A DNA stretch of 64,000 nucleotides from a virus. The position numbers were made by a program, and so were the translations under genes. The stretch spans positions 80,546 through 144,545 of the IMG/VR virus record IMGVR_UViG_3300030616_000506. The stretch is one strand, 5' to 3'. Under the pieces are notes generated by a model, which saw only the letters and a program-made list of their open reading frames with translations, was not told the DNA's origin and did not search any database. Within the stretch, counting starts at the first letter, position 1. Each line of letters begins with the position of its first letter. Positions 41,231 through 52,947 of the stretch are shown one piece after another.

Positions 41231-44200
41231 TTAAAGCTCTTCTATCATTAATTTGTCCTTGCTTATTTTCATTACACATTTTTTATCTATTGCTCCATAC
41301 TTATGGGGATTTTCTGACTTTAACATCTTAACATAATAGAACTCTTCTCCATCATCTCCTATTATGTATCCATAATGATCATCCCAAACTAAACCTACCC
41401 ATCCACAATCTTCATCTCCAGGTATAGAATATAGATAAGTAGTCTTTAATACTCTAAAGTAATCACCCTTTTTCATAATGATGCAACCATAGCCTCATCT
41501 TCCGTTAATTCTGTAGCACATTTATCCCAATAGTATCTGCTACAATATATTATTCCTATATTTCCTTCTATAGGATCTACATATAATTTATACTTAAGAC
41601 TAACTCCATACATACAACCATCAGGTTGATGTTTTACTCCTGCTAATCTAATCACATAATGCTCTTCTCTGAAAGTATCATTGTATCTATAATATCTACC
41701 TATCTTCATTGATGTCATAAACTATCAACAATTAATTCATCAAGAGTATCATAAAATTTAAACATCTGATGCCAACCAAATTCACTGTCTCCTTTCCATA
41801 TCCAATGATACTTAACTTTAGGATTATGGGGATAATTTGATTTTATTAATTCATATTTATAAACTACTTTACACTCTTTAAATATCTTACCTACTATATA
41901 AAAACCTATTTTATCTATTTTAAAATACTTTCCTTCTTTAGATTTCATACATCATCATCTCATCTAATAGATTTTTACCTAAATAAGATAGTAACTTTTT
42001 CTTATTATTAAATCTGACAGATACATTCTTATCATCATCTGCACTTATTAAAATAACTTCATAATCATCATCAACACCACCATGAATAACTAATGATAAT
42101 CTATTATCCTTTAATTTATAAACCCATAAATAGTAATCATAATTAACCACATAGAATACATCTGGATATATTAAATTAATTAATTCTTCTACTTCATTAC
42201 ATATTCTATTCTTCATAATAGTTCAACCATAACTTCTTCATAAGATAGTTTCTTACAAATTTCATTCTTGAAGTTTAAACCAATCCATCTATCTCCCCAC
42301 ATCCATTGAAGTTTTCCAATAGTTTTTATTATTTTAAATTTATATTGATTAATTTTATTTTTATTTATAATTTTTAATATATAAACTCCGTGTAAATATC
42401 TAGACTCATATAATATATAGTCTCCTATCTCAAATTTATCATAGGGTCTCATATCTTATCAACTATATTTGCATCTATTACATAAGTAAAGTCATGATAC
42501 ATTCTTATTGAATACTTATAATCATCATTCTCTATATCATTTGTATAAGATAATCTATTAACTACCCAATCAAAATCCTTTTTATTAAGTAAACCAAATG
42601 AGCCTAAACTATAATATTCTCCATAAAACTTTTTATTATAAGATAACTTTAAATCAGCTCTATTCATTAAGTTCTTAACTAATGGCATAGATATATCTAT
42701 AGCCTCAGGATTTATTGTTAAATATACTCCTCCCCAATTCTTATCATCATTACTCTTATATATAGTTCCCCATATATTACCAGTTATCTTTTCATTATCA
42801 CTTTTTCTAGTGATTATATATTCCCCTATCTTTTTCTTCATACTAACTCCCTAAATTAATCTATGTAAGATATAAGGTGATACTTCCTCTCTAAATTTAG
42901 AATAAGCCTTTGAGTTATTTTCATATACTTTCTTAACATTATCTATAATATCTTCCAATAATCCAATAGCTCTATCATCTAATTGTCCTAACATAAATCT
43001 ATCATCATCACTTAATCCTGCACCAAGAACAATTCTATAACCATAATAAGCATCTTTTTTACTAAAGTTTAAATTTATTAAATCAGATTCAATTGATACC
43101 CTCATTTTATCATAATTTATAATAGATAAATCTTGTATACCTTCACTATAATTATTTTCAATCTTAATCCTATTAGTATTTAATTTTATTTCATTATCCT
43201 TTAAATCTATATCCCTCCATGCTAATGCACATTTCCTAAATGCTCTAAATATTTCTTTCTTATCCTCTTTTTTTATGTAATCCTCTATATCAGGATTTCT
43301 TTCTACTATATATAAGATAGCTTTAAAGTCATCCATCATCTTTGTTGCATCTTTATCATGTTGTCTATAACTCCAATAGTAATATCTATCATTAGGTTTA
43401 AAGGCTAATCCTCTAGAATTTAACCATAATTCTTTTTCCCATGTAGATTCCTTTACCTTATCGGATATCTTTATATTTGTTTCTATTCTACCCGATATTA
43501 TTCCATGAAAGGATTTAAAGTATAATTCCCTAAATGAATTCCTAATATTACTTAAGCTATTCTCTCCCCTCATATATGTATTAACTTCATCTATTAAACT
43601 TTCTAATCCCTCTACTTCATTTGTATTATCTATAATAAACTTTTCTGTTATTTTCTCTTTCTTTTCCTTTATATCATTTATTTGATTTTCTAGTTTATCC
43701 TTCTCTAAATCAAGTTCTTCTATTTTTTTATTTACATCTTCTATCTTTTTATTTATATCCACATTTTACCTCCTATAAACTCTCAACTATCATTTCATCT
43801 TTACTTATCTTTTTATAATCCCAAGCATCCTTATGACAAGTTATTCCTATTAATCTACTGTGCCTCATAAATTCATTAGTTATAATACTAGTAAATATCT
43901 GTTTTAGTTTAACTTCTATTAAATTATTATATTGTTTTACTGACTCAATATAAATAAATGATTTATATTTACCATCTGGATATATATAGTATTCTCCCTT
44001 TTTAGGTATCATAGTAATTCAACCATAGCCTCATCTTTAGATAATTTCTTTAAATCAAAAGCATATCTTTTTATACCATTAGTATGATTTATAAAATATT
44101 CTCCATATATATTTGGTATATATAATAATGGACATATTAAGTAGTAATCAGTATCTACTTCCTCCTTTATGATTCCATATATAGGATTATCTTTATATGG

Positions 44201-45742
44201 ATAATCTGATTTAACTAAATCTCCTTTCTTAAATTTCATAATAACTCTACCATTACTTCATCTCTATTTGCTATCCTTAAACATTTATCATCAAACAATT
44301 CTGTTCTTCCTTTAATCCTTCCATTTAGAAATCTAACAATATATGGATATTTTTTAATTGGATATACATCTATTATTTCTGCTATTAATCCAACTTGATT
44401 CCTATAATATGTAACCTTTGGATGAAGTATTATCTTCACATAATCTCCTACTTTATACTTCATAACAATTCTACCATTACTTCATCTTTATTCTTAATAA
44501 AAGTTATATCTATTACTGATGAATCTAAATTAAAATGTCCTTTTTCTCCTACATCCCAAACACTATTCTCATCAGCATATATAACTTTACAATAAGGAAA
44601 TTTATTTATTCTTGTATTATATTCTAATACTACAAAATATACTTCAAATGATTTGTAATATTTATATATAGCCTTTATATAATCTCCCTTTTTAAATTTC
44701 ATAAATTAAACACCATTATTTCATCATCAGTTAACTTCCTATCAATTTCCTCTTCAGATAATAAAAACTCAAACTCAGTGTTAACATAACTTGAATTTAG
44801 TATCTTAACTAGATAGGGATATTTTCTATCCTTTCTTAATTTAGTTACTATTGCTACCTTATTCTCAAATCCATCATAAATTGTTTTTCCTATTAATATA
44901 TAATCATTTAATTTATATAATAGTTTCTTGAATCTCATAACATCTCTACCATAATTTCATCATTAGATAATTTTTTATAATCAACACTATCACTAAAATA
45001 AATCTTTGTATTAGGATTAAATAATGATTCCCCTTCATAGCAATAAATATAATTACTCTCTATTATAGTAATTCTAAATAATTCTCCTTCATGATTTTTA
45101 ATTACATCTCCTTCTTTAAACTTCATAATAATTCTACCATTAATTCTTCCTTTAATTTATTAATGTCATTAACCTTAAACCATCTCCTATGTAAAGCAGG
45201 AAATATAAAACTTAAATTTATAGGGAGATTCCAGTATGTTATATCATTTGTATTAATTTTACTATCATTAGTTTTCTTATATAAAACTTTAACTTCAACA
45301 TAATTAAAATCTGCTCCAGCCATATACCTTTTCTTTAATTCTAATATCCTTCTAATCTCTAACACAAATATATTAACCTTATTATCATCTACTTGTGCAA
45401 TTATATCTCCTATTTTCATAAAAATTCAACCATAAGACTATCCAGTATATCATCTTCATAGCACTCTAATATATCTACTTCCTTATCAGATATCTTTTTC
45501 CAAACTTCTGACCACATTAAGCTAGATTTTTCATTAGTAAAATTCTCATCTACCTCTCTAATCCAAGTTCCTTTATTATTTGCTGTGATTATTCTAGAAG
45601 TTTCCTTTATTAGAACAGCAGGAAACAAATCATATTTACCCTTCTCAATATCAATTATATTAGCCAACCAATAATATATAATATAATCTTTAGTTTCCTT
45701 TACTATATTAAAAGTCATATTCCTATAATGTTTTCTTAACAT
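41231..45742 (-). other. Tandem array of 15 small ORFs (plus one 303-aa ORF) mostly ending in the shared C-terminal tag, many with a KOW/SH3-like (K/I)GD(Y/V) start
   Basis: Termini MIEEL, MVASL, IVDSL, MMYEI, MVELL x5, IVDKI, IVESL, MVFNL, MVEML, MVEFL; mostly ATGA overlaps. Confidence 0.85.
42851..43762 (-). CDS. Hypothetical protein with N-terminal coiled coil
   Basis: 303 aa ORF within the tag array; ends ILHRLI (loose tag variant). Confidence 0.6.
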   Translation of the reverse strand: MDINKKIEDVNKKIEELDLEKDKLENQINDIKEKKEKITEKFIIDNTNEVEGLESLIDEVNTYMRGENSLSNIRNSFRELYFKSFHGIISGRIETNIKISDKVKESTWEKELWLNSRGLAFKPNDRYYYWSYRQHDKDATKMMDDFKAILYIVERNPDIEDYIKKEDKKEIFRAFRKCALAWRDIDLKDNEIKLNTNRIKIENNYSEGIQDLSIINYDKMRVSIESDLINLNFSKKDAYYGYRIVLGAGLSDDDRFMLGQLDDRAIGLLEDIIDNVKKVYENNSKAYSKFREEVSPYILHRLI

Positions 45743-45753
45743 TTCTTTATAAT

Positions 45754-47094
45754 TTAATTTCTTTTTGGTAATTCTATCACTTGTCCATAAGGAAAATCTT
45801 TAGAATCTGCTCTCCAATGTCCAGCTACTACCCATAAGACAGGCATATTAACTTGACTTTTAGGAGGAAATGATGTATAACCATCCGTAAAGGCTATAAC
45901 AAATTTAGATTGAGGTTTATTCTTATTAATCCAATCAAATACGGGAATGTGGCTAGTGCCTCCTCCTCCCTTAAGATTCTTACCTATTCTCTCAACTACT
46001 TCAGATGCTTGAGCATTTCTCATGGGATGAATACCATTTACTTGACAATCACAATCTATTACCGTTAAATCAACATTCTTAAAACTATTACATATACTAG
46101 ATATTTCAGATATAAATTCTGCTAATTCTTTTTGACTTATACTTCCTGATGTATCTACTGCTACCATTACATCTATACTTTCCCTAACAGTATCAGGTAG
46201 ATATATTCCTGTGCTATAACTTCTTTTAGATGGTTTAGCCCAAGTAAAATCTATAGGAATTTGATTTGTTATATATCTATAAAGTAATCCTTTCCAATCA
46301 ATATAAGTTTCCATTAATTGTCCAACTACTCTCTCCATACCTGCTGGTAAATCTCCTCTTTGCCTAGCATAAGTGCAAGCATCTACTAAAGTCTTTTTCC
46401 AATCAACTTGTTTATCAGATATCTTCTTACCATTCTTATTACCAGTTCCATTACATTTAGGGCAATCCTTATCTCCTACCTTACCTGTTCCATTACAGTT
46501 ATCACACTTACCATTTTTCTTTTTATCACCTTTACCATCACCATTACCATAGATATGTTTATCAAAACCCTTAACACCATTCTTCTCTAGGTATTTCTTA
46601 ATGGCTTTCATATCCTTTTTAATCTTTTTAGATAGTCCTCTATATAGTTTATCATATACTTCTTCAGATGTTTTCTCAGATGCTTTCTTAATAGTAATAC
46701 CAAATATAGTTATCTCTCCATTATAGGGATTAATAGCATTTTCAGGTAAACTCATACCATCATCTAATAGCATAGAATTAATTACTGTATCTGATGCTAT
46801 ATTAAATAACTCGTGGTTTTTACCCTTACCTCTCTCTAAATGTTCTAATGCACAATGCATTACTTCATGTGCCATTACTCCCTTTATCTGGTCATCTGTT
46901 AGTTTATTTATAAAATCTGAATTAAAATACAGATTACCATACATATCTACTCCTGCTGTTTCTATTTCAGGTTGCTCTATAAAGGTTAAGTGCATAGTTA
47001 AATAACTAAAGAAGGGTTTCTCTTTTTGTAATTGCACTCTAGCCCTTATAAGTTTTTCTTCTGCTGTTAAATCTAGGTTTAATATTCCACTCAT
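45754..47094 (-). CDS. DUF2201-type metallopeptidase-like plus VWA domain protein with inserted DnaJ-type zinc finger
   Basis: TAGVD, AHEVMH (HExxH), NIASD, CDNCNGTG/CPKCNGTG, MIDAS VDTSGS, GGGGT, FTDG. Confidence 0.88.
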   Translation of the reverse strand: MSGILNLDLTAEEKLIRARVQLQKEKPFFSYLTMHLTFIEQPEIETAGVDMYGNLYFNSDFINKLTDDQIKGVMAHEVMHCALEHLERGKGKNHELFNIASDTVINSMLLDDGMSLPENAINPYNGEITIFGITIKKASEKTSEEVYDKLYRGLSKKIKKDMKAIKKYLEKNGVKGFDKHIYGNGDGKGDKKKNGKCDNCNGTGKVGDKDCPKCNGTGNKNGKKISDKQVDWKKTLVDACTYARQRGDLPAGMERVVGQLMETYIDWKGLLYRYITNQIPIDFTWAKPSKRSYSTGIYLPDTVRESIDVMVAVDTSGSISQKELAEFISEISSICNSFKNVDLTVIDCDCQVNGIHPMRNAQASEVVERIGKNLKGGGGTSHIPVFDWINKNKPQSKFVIAFTDGYTSFPPKSQVNMPVLWVVAGHWRADSKDFPYGQVIELPKRN

Positions 47095-47095
47095 A

Positions 47096-47302
47096 TTACA
47101 ACTCCTCTATCATTATTTCCTCTCTTAATTTTTTAGTATCAAAATTTATAGCTATATACTTTGCTATACATTCATATATTTTACCTCTCCTTTCTATTAC
47201 GGGATATGCTTCACAATAGTCATTTCTACAATCCTCTATCGTATTCCAATCTTCTATTATATCTAGTAAATCATCTATCTTTTTCTCTATTTCTTTATTC
47301 AT
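47096..47302 (-). CDS. Hypothetical protein with C-terminal tag (EEIMIEEL)
   Basis: ORF track; tag; lies between AAA and VWA genes. Confidence 0.6.
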   Translation of the reverse strand: MNKEIEKKIDDLLDIIEDWNTIEDCRNDYCEAYPVIERRGKIYECIAKYIAINFDTKKLREEIMIEEL

Positions 47303-47544
47303 ATTGCATACACCATAACTTCCTCTAAAGTTAATTGAAATATTTTATCATCACTATATACAAGTAAATATGTATCAGGATTACCATTTTCATCTGCGTA
47401 TATACATTGAAAGGAATATAGATTATCTACATCTAGAAATCTAATTACCTTACCAACATATACACAACCAAAATCAATTTCTTTTCCTGATATTACCTTT
47501 ATATATTGTCCTATCTCAAGTTTATCATAAGTAATCTTTTTCAT
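47299..47544 (-). CDS. KOW/SH3-like small protein with C-terminal tag (EEVMVYAI)
   Basis: LEIGQYIKV, tag. Confidence 0.6.
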   Translation of the reverse strand: MKKITYDKLEIGQYIKVISGKEIDFGCVYVGKVIRFLDVDNLYSFQCIYADENGNPDTYLLVYSDDKIFQLTLEEVMVYAI

Positions 47545-47548
47545 AAGA

Positions 47549-48694
47549 TTAAGTCAATAGATACTTTTGATATTTTTTGCTAATAGGTTTCCAAGATTTA
47601 AGAGTAGTTACATACTTCTTAAAGGATGAAGGATGTTTATTCTTTGCAAATCTCAAGAGAAGTATAGCAAATTCTGGTTGAATAACATTTGCTATTTGTA
47701 ATACTTTCTCTAGGTTTTCCTTCTTATTATTCATAGCATACCATTCTGCAACCATACCCAATAGAGAATACTTTAAATCCATTTCTTTAATATTGGCTGC
47801 CTTTTCAGGTCTAGCTAATATCTCATTAAGATTAATGTTCTTTTGTAATCTTAAGAAGGATTCAAATTCACTAGCTGCACCAACTCCAACACTAACACAA
47901 GCATATTGATATACTTGTTTTAAATCCTTAACACCAGATATAAGTTTATTACAATACTTACCCCAACTTCTAGGTGTAGGAAATGCTCTCTCATTACTAT
48001 CAGCTTTTATTTTAGGATTTAATAGAGTAGGTCTTTGTATTAAAAAGGATACTATCCTCATATCAATACCCTTCTCTAATGCCCATTCTCCCCAATCATT
48101 CTTACACTCTTGTGTAATATGGGGTATCTTTAATGTAGCATGACAGAATCTATTCTGTAAAGGTCTAGGCAAATCATATACATTTGCTTTATCCTCTATC
48201 CTATTACCAGCTGCTATTAAACCAACACCTTCAGCTAGTGCAACTTCTCCCATTTCTCTATCTAATATTAACTGATAAGCACCAGCCTGTATAGAAGGAG
48301 GAGCTAAGTTTATCTCATCAAAGAATATAATACCCATAGCATTCTTTAATGTTGCTACCAATAACCAGAATGGTATTTTCCATTCACAAGTATCTTTACC
48401 ATTTAAGGATGGTAGTCCTCTTAAGTCACTTGGGTCTAATTGGGATAACCTAATATCCATTAGAAAGAAATACTTTTCAGGATTATCAGCAACTTTATGC
48501 TTCTCTTCCTTTGTAAGTTTATTCCATCTAACATAGATTCTCCCGTGTTTTCTTGCTAATTCTTCAGCCTTCTTGTCCACAGTTTCTGATTTTCCTATAC
48601 CAGTTGCACCCCATATATATAATGGAATGTTAGATTCATAATGGACATCTACTAGGTTTTCTAATTCTTTATGGTCTACTTCTGCTACTGCCAT
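47549..48694 (-). CDS. MoxR/dynein-related AAA+ ATPase (partner of the VWA protein)
   Basis: Walker A GATGIGKS, DLRGLP, Walker B FFDEIN, AAGN, LQNRF, FPTPRSW. Confidence 0.9.
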   Translation of the reverse strand: MAVAEVDHKELENLVDVHYESNIPLYIWGATGIGKSETVDKKAEELARKHGRIYVRWNKLTKEEKHKVADNPEKYFFLMDIRLSQLDPSDLRGLPSLNGKDTCEWKIPFWLLVATLKNAMGIIFFDEINLAPPSIQAGAYQLILDREMGEVALAEGVGLIAAGNRIEDKANVYDLPRPLQNRFCHATLKIPHITQECKNDWGEWALEKGIDMRIVSFLIQRPTLLNPKIKADSNERAFPTPRSWGKYCNKLISGVKDLKQVYQYACVSVGVGAASEFESFLRLQKNINLNEILARPEKAANIKEMDLKYSLLGMVAEWYAMNNKKENLEKVLQIANVIQPEFAILLLRFAKNKHPSSFKKYVTTLKSWKPISKKYQKYLLT

Positions 48695-48705
48695 ATATTT
48701 TTCTC

Positions 48706-50979
48706 CTATAATTTTTCTACCATTACTTCATCATTAGTCATAATCTTAAATTGATAAGAATAATAAGATTCATCATAAGGTTTCCAAGTAGAGTGTCTTC
48801 TATCAATAAAAGCTACTTTGTATTCTACCCTTTTCTTACAAGAACTATCCCATTTAACTATTCCTTTAATCTTTCCTATCTTTCCAGTATCCCAACCCTT
48901 TATTATCCTTACATATTGTCCTAATTTACCTTTTTGTTTCATAATCTCTCCACTAATATTTTATCCTTTATCTTTTTCCTCAATATTATGTAATCCTTAA
49001 ACTGCGTATAGAAACTTATTAGAAAACAATGTAGATGATACTTATCATATCTAGGTCTACTTGAATGCCCCCAATATTCTCCTGCTAATAATCTAACTAC
49101 ATCATCTCCCTCTTTAATAGTTTCTCCACAATATTCACAATTACACTCTAGATGCTTATACATCTTTCCTAACTTTATTTCGTGTGAAGTCATAATTTAT
49201 CAACCAACATCTTTTCTTTCCATTTTTCTAGAGAATCTTTATCTAATTCTAAATATAATTGTTCAATACAATAACTACATATTCTTTTATGTGAATATCC
49301 CCATTGAGTTCTATATTCAAATGATATCCTATCTATATCTTTAGGAATAGTTTTACTACATACTGAACATACTTGTCTACCATTTTCTCCCTTATTTAAT
49401 CTATTTCTATATCTATCACTCATTACAATTCATCCAATATCATTTGATTAACAATCTCCTCCTCAATTAAGGGTGTCAATTCAACTTTACCTAATCCATT
49501 TTGTTTGATTTCTCTTAATAAACTTAAACCTTTACTTAAGGATAATACGTGTCCTTTATTTTCCACATATCCTCCATTTCTTATTATCTTTGAAATATGA
49601 TAGCACAATAATCCTCCTCTTTTTCTAAAGAAGATTAAACAACCACAATAAGATTTAGCATAAGCTATTGCTTCTCTAAACATAGCTCTCTTTATAGTTC
49701 TAGTTTCTCCCCATCCTATACTGAAGTATTGTATTCCACAATCTCCTAATACATCTCTAACGGTTGTTGTATCCTCAACATCAGGCATCTCTACTAAACT
49801 CTCCTTTAATCTTAATCTATAAAACTTTTTAAGTTTATTTAAATATTTAGTTTCCATTCTAGCAAATTCACCTATACCATTTTCAAAGTATAATGTAGTT
49901 ACATCATCTTCTGTCTTATAATAGGTAGGTCTAGTGCAATAATAATTTCCTATATCAAACCCTTTATATTTACTAACATCATCAGGTTTATATTCTATAT
50001 AGTATATCTTTCTTTTTTTATCCCAATAATGAGGTTTACTATACAACTTACATTCACTCATTATATCACTCTATAATCCTCATCACCCTCAATAAAGTAA
50101 TAAGGTTTATTTCTATCTTTAAAGTAGATTGTGTATCTACCATCTTCTCCTTTTAATATATTTGTTACTTTTCCTTTTTGTCCATTACTAACTTCTATTT
50201 TATCTCCAACTTTTACCATTTTATAATGCCTCTATAAATGCTTCTTTCTTACTAATCTTTTTAATCTCATTTCTATACCAATAACCTTGAAACTCATAGT
50301 TCTTACCACTGGATATATCTCCTCTAGGATTATAATTAACTACATATCTTTTTCTAAAAAATCTTCCTTTTTCTATAGCTACTATCTGCCCAATCTCATT
50401 AGCTTTATGAACTAATGTTCCATAAACATTAAATTCTTTTTTAACTCTAACGTAATCTCCTATCTTAAGCATTAAATCACTTATCGAACTTACAGTTTCC
50501 TTTATATACCTTACTTAAGCAAATATTATCATTATCCTTATCAGCATAATCACAATACTTACATAGCTTTTTATCTATTTTTGCTTTCATAATTCATCCT
50601 CTCTTAATAATCTAATCTTATTAAATATAATATGTTTATATTCAGATGCCAATGATTGTGCATAGTATATATCATTAAATTTATAAACTATAATCTCACA
50701 CTCAGTATCATCTTTAGAAATTCTAGACCAATATATATGTTTATCTTTCATATTTCCATCCTATAATTTACTTATTAATGCCTTATCCAAATCATCTTGA
50801 GTAGCATCTCTAAATTTATACTGTTCATTATCTACCTCTACACCTACAAATTCATCTCCATTATAATTAAAGATGACCATATATTTTTTAGAGTTATTAG
50901 ATTTTCTACATAAGAACTTCCATTCATCTTCTAAATTTGGAATGTAAGCTACCATTATTTTCTCTTTAGATACGGACAA
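48706..50979 (-). other. Second cluster of tagged ORFs (48706, 48939, 49190, 49423, 50221, 50761)
   Basis: Termini MVEKL, LVERL, LVDKL, ILDEL, FIEAL, LISKL; two carry CxxC...CxxC/HxxC zinc fingers. Confidence 0.75.
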
Positions 50980-51773
50980 TCATATCTCTCCTTATATTTA
51001 ACATTAGTTATTCTTAATAAATCTTTAGGTTTATTCAATTCTAATAAAGGTGTTTTACTAAATGAACAACCATAAACTTTACCTTGCTCATTTATACTGA
51101 TTATATCTCTACCAAAATGACAAGGCTTATCCCAACCTTGATATTTATTTTGAGTTAATATCATATTAGTTAAATCATCTACATAGAAATGTTTATACTT
51201 AAAGGTTGGTGCATAATATAATGCTCTAAACTTTAAGATATCAGGAGCTTTCCAATTCTTTGGATATAATGCAAATACTCTTTCTATCTTTGCACTATTG
51301 AAAAAGTAATGCAGTAAACTTAAAAATGATTTAGGAGTATTTAACCAGTAATTATTTATTAGAAAATTACAACCAACTCTAGTATATTTACTTAACTCTC
51401 TAGTAGTCATACAGTAATTATGTATATCTTGATTAGATTTTATTTTATGTTCATCAAAGGATACACTAACCATCTCTATATCATCAACATAATACTTCAT
51501 AGGTAATGTTCCATTAGTAGTAACATTAGTAATTAATCCATATTTTTTAGCTTCCCTTGAGAAATCTCTCACAAACTCTGGATACATAAAAGGCTCACCA
51601 CCACCTAAAGCTACTTGTGGTGTAAGCTTTGCTAGATAAGGTATTAATTCCTTAAACCAATTATGAGATTTATTATTATCTGTTTTCTTTGGTCTATAAC
51701 AGAATTTACAATCCATATTACAATCAGTTGTAAAGTGTAATGCTATAACTTTATATCTTTTTTCCTTCATCAA
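50955..51773 (-). CDS. Radical SAM enzyme with SPASM/Twitch-like C-terminal Cys motif
   Basis: CNMDCKFC, GGGEP, TTNG, VSVSFD; PC...ISINEQGKVYGCSF...CP. Confidence 0.9.
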   Translation of the reverse strand: MMKEKRYKVIALHFTTDCNMDCKFCYRPKKTDNNKSHNWFKELIPYLAKLTPQVALGGGEPFMYPEFVRDFSREAKKYGLITNVTTNGTLPMKYYVDDIEMVSVSFDEHKIKSNQDIHNYCMTTRELSKYTRVGCNFLINNYWLNTPKSFLSLLHYFFNSAKIERVFALYPKNWKAPDILKFRALYYAPTFKYKHFYVDDLTNMILTQNKYQGWDKPCHFGRDIISINEQGKVYGCSFSKTPLLELNKPKDLLRITNVKYKERYDCPYLKRK

Positions 51774-52063
51774 TATCCTATCTCCAATTTTTTTGCAAAT
51801 GGTAATTTATAAAGATATTCTAAAATCTTTTCCTCACTATTAAAGGGTGCATCTCCCCTAATTTCTATCCAAGATACACTACCTAAACTTGCTGTTTCTA
51901 TATAGGTATCATACCACCAATCATATTCCTCTATGTTATCTTCATCAGCATACTTATCAAGTAATAACAAATATCTATATAATTCTTCCTCTTCTTTATT
52001 GTTTAGATTATCTGTTCTAACTCTCATAGTAGCTTCAGAACAATTTGGGTTTAAATCAATCAT
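51770..52063 (-). CDS. LNPNCSE-motif protein 1
   Basis: MIDLNPNCSE; PFAKKLEI end shared with 52350. Confidence 0.75.
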   Translation of the reverse strand: MIDLNPNCSEATMRVRTDNLNNKEEEELYRYLLLLDKYADEDNIEEYDWWYDTYIETASLGSVSWIEIRGDAPFNSEEKILEYLYKLPFAKKLEIGY

Positions 52064-52353
52064 AATAATTCCACCATTAATTTATTCTTATCTATCATTT
52101 CTTTATAACGATTTTTAATTTCAGCTAAATCTATTAATCCTATATTTTGTTTTAAGGTTAAATCATCTATATATCCATCATACTTTTTTATTGATATAGG
52201 TTTAAATATATAACAATTAGTTAGCATACCTGAATACTTGCTATATCTATATCCTGTAATTTTAATTATATTTCCATTAATCTTATTCTTAAAATATCTA
52301 TTAATATATTTAGATTTTGAATTCGGAAATGATTTATAGGTAGAATTCATCAT
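52060..52353 (-). CDS. Hypothetical protein with C-terminal tag (KLMVELL)
   Basis: Inserted between LNPNCSE genes. Confidence 0.65.
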   Translation of the reverse strand: MMNSTYKSFPNSKSKYINRYFKNKINGNIIKITGYRYSKYSGMLTNCYIFKPISIKKYDGYIDDLTLKQNIGLIDLAEIKNRYKEMIDKNKLMVELL

Positions 52354-52589
52354 ACATATTCCTGCTCATTTCTAATCTTTAATTTTTTAGCAAAGGGTGT
52401 ATTCATAATACATTCCTCTATCTCATCTGTCATATCCTCTACTCTAGCTACTGCATAATCTTTACAACAATCTATTTCATCAAACATAGAAAGATATTTA
52501 TTCATTTCCTCTCTTTCCTTTTTGGTTAAATCATCATACATTATGTAAAGAAATGTAACCCATTCGGAACAATTAGGATTGAGCATCAT
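52350..52589 (-). CDS. LNPNCSE-motif protein 2
   Basis: MMLNPNCSE; PFAKKLKI. Confidence 0.75.
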   Translation of the reverse strand: MMLNPNCSEWVTFLYIMYDDLTKKEREEMNKYLSMFDEIDCCKDYAVARVEDMTDEIEECIMNTPFAKKLKIRNEQEYV

Positions 52590-52947
52590 CTACATCATTC
52601 CCCATATGTCTTCTATTATATACATCTTTAAATGGTAATCCATAACAATTACAAAAGTGTTTCATCTCTTTAGTATATTCCTCTCTAGACCAACCACTTG
52701 TTCCTGATGTTGTCCAATGATTTCTATTAGAGTATATCCCAAAGTAATCTAGGAATAAATCTAATTCAGGTTTTTCAAAGTAAGGTCTATAATCTAATCC
52801 CTTACTATTAGGACTATACAATGCTCTCTCATAATCCTCTTCACTCATTATTCTTTTAAAGATTTTTAATTCATCATCTGTCATATCCTTTAATATTTCT
52901 ATGGGTATCTTATATACTGCTTCAGAACAGTTAGGATTTAAATCTAC
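52573..52947 (-). CDS. LNPNCSE-motif protein 3 (motif lies in frame upstream of the ORF-track ATG; start codon non-canonical or lost)
   Basis: GTA GAT TTA AAT CCT AAC TGT TCT GAA (VDLNPNCSE) at 52947-52921 is in frame with ATG 52884. Confidence 0.6.
   Translation of the reverse strand, partial: VDLNPNCSEAVYKIPIEILKDMTDDELKIFKRIMSEEDYERALYSPNSKGLDYRPYFEKPELDLFLDYFGIYSNRNHWTTSGTSGWSREEYTKEMKHFCNCYGLPFKDVYNRRHMGNDVDDAQS

Noticed and set aside
41231-45742. CRISPR array or integron attC cassettes as explanation for the periodic junction motif
   Set aside because: Units are 190-390 bp intact ORFs; junction similarity is degenerate at synonymous positions; no palindromic attC-like sites, integrase or cas genes seen.
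41231-45742. Diversity-generating retroelement driving the variable array
   Set aside because: No reverse transcriptase and no template/variable repeat pair with adenine-specific differences in the window.
50955-51773. Radical SAM as anaerobic sulfatase maturase for 16516..17400
   Set aside because: That AlkP-family protein has Thr (TAPVV), not a CxPxR/SxPxR motif, and lies 34 kb away; the adjacent LNPNCSE proteins are better candidates.
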